Source of the DNA: Deltaproteobacteria bacterium UBA4427
GTDB lineage: Bacteria > Myxococcota_A > UBA9160 > UBA4427
DNA: 59,940 bases
Reading direction: 5' to 3'
Assembly: GCA_002390675.1 (NCBI GenBank)
Contig: DGPZ01000089.1
Span: 1-59,940 of the forward strand
In this document: positions 59,635 to 59,940 of the stretch, in pieces
Layout of the letters: every line of letters begins with the position of its first letter
Numbering within the stretch: position 1 is the first letter of the stretch
The notes under the pieces: generated by a model
Database searches by the model: none
Told to the model about the DNA's origin: nothing
The model's input: the letters and a program-made list of their open reading frames with translations, nothing else
Position numbers and translations under genes: made by a program

Positions 59635-59940
59635 ATGCTCAAGCTGCATTTTGCGCCCAACTCCCGCGCGGGTCGGATCGTTTGGCTTTTCGAAGAACTC
59701 GGACTTCCCTACGAGATTAACAATATGTCCTTTCATCCGAAGGATTTGAAGTCTGATGAACATCGCGCCCGTCATCCGCTCGGTCGAGTTCCGGTGCTCG
59801 AGGATGGCAACCTAATGCTCTGGGAATCCGGAGCGATTGTGGAATATGTTTTGGAGCGCCACGAGAGGGGCGATCTCAAGCCGGCTGTCGAGGACGAGCG
59901 CTTTCCCGCCTACCTCCAGTGGTTTCACTACTGCGAAGGG
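59635..59940 (+). CDS. Glutathione S-transferase (5' part, truncated by the window edge; absent from the ORF track)
   Basis: MLKLHFAPNSRAGRIVWLFEELGLPYE...HPLGRVPVLEDG...WESGAIVEY; CAGGAG RBS. Confidence 0.9.
   Translation, partial: MLKLHFAPNSRAGRIVWLFEELGLPYEINNMSFHPKDLKSDEHRARHPLGRVPVLEDGNLMLWESGAIVEYVLERHERGDLKPAVEDERFPAYLQWFHYCEG

Noticed and set aside
59593-59775. N-terminal extension of ORF 59065..59775
   Set aside because: It overlaps the clearly real plus-strand GST starting at 59635
1-59940. CRISPR arrays, rRNA, transposases, integrases, prophage or defence genes
   Set aside because: No regularly spaced repeats or diagnostic motifs were seen by eye

Overview
About 60 kb of a GC-rich diderm (Gram-negative) bacterial chromosome. 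TamA/TamB, lipoproteins and a PEP-CTERM protein establish the diderm envelope; the enzyme mix suggests a Myxococcota/Binatota-like lineage, which is inference only. The window is a dense accessory catabolic and redox region: two F420-type LLM oxidoreductases, five VOC proteins, three intact TetR regulators, frmA, a PQQ quinohaemoprotein dehydrogenase, a QueG/reductive-dehalogenase-like Fe-S protein, two amidohydrolases, a KshA-like Rieske oxygenase, TauD and IPNS-type 2OG dioxygenases, GSTs and bacterioferritin. The main system-level feature is a pair of head-to-head, secreted Cys-type arylsulfatase paralogues. One of them leads a tightly coupled MoxR-DUF58-DUF4381-VWA-VWA-TPR-BatD operon, a DUF3604 PHP-like gene lies nearby, and no formylglycine-generating enzyme is present in the window. 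Also notable are a 1052-aa beta-propeller/di-haem PEP-CTERM surface protein and several decayed gene relics that the ORF track misses in apparently intergenic DNA (TetR, NylB-like hydrolase, amine dehydrogenase-like, alpha/beta-hydrolase, SAM methyltransferase). I found no rRNA, tRNA, CRISPR array or intact mobile element. Family calls rest on motif recognition by eye, not database searches.
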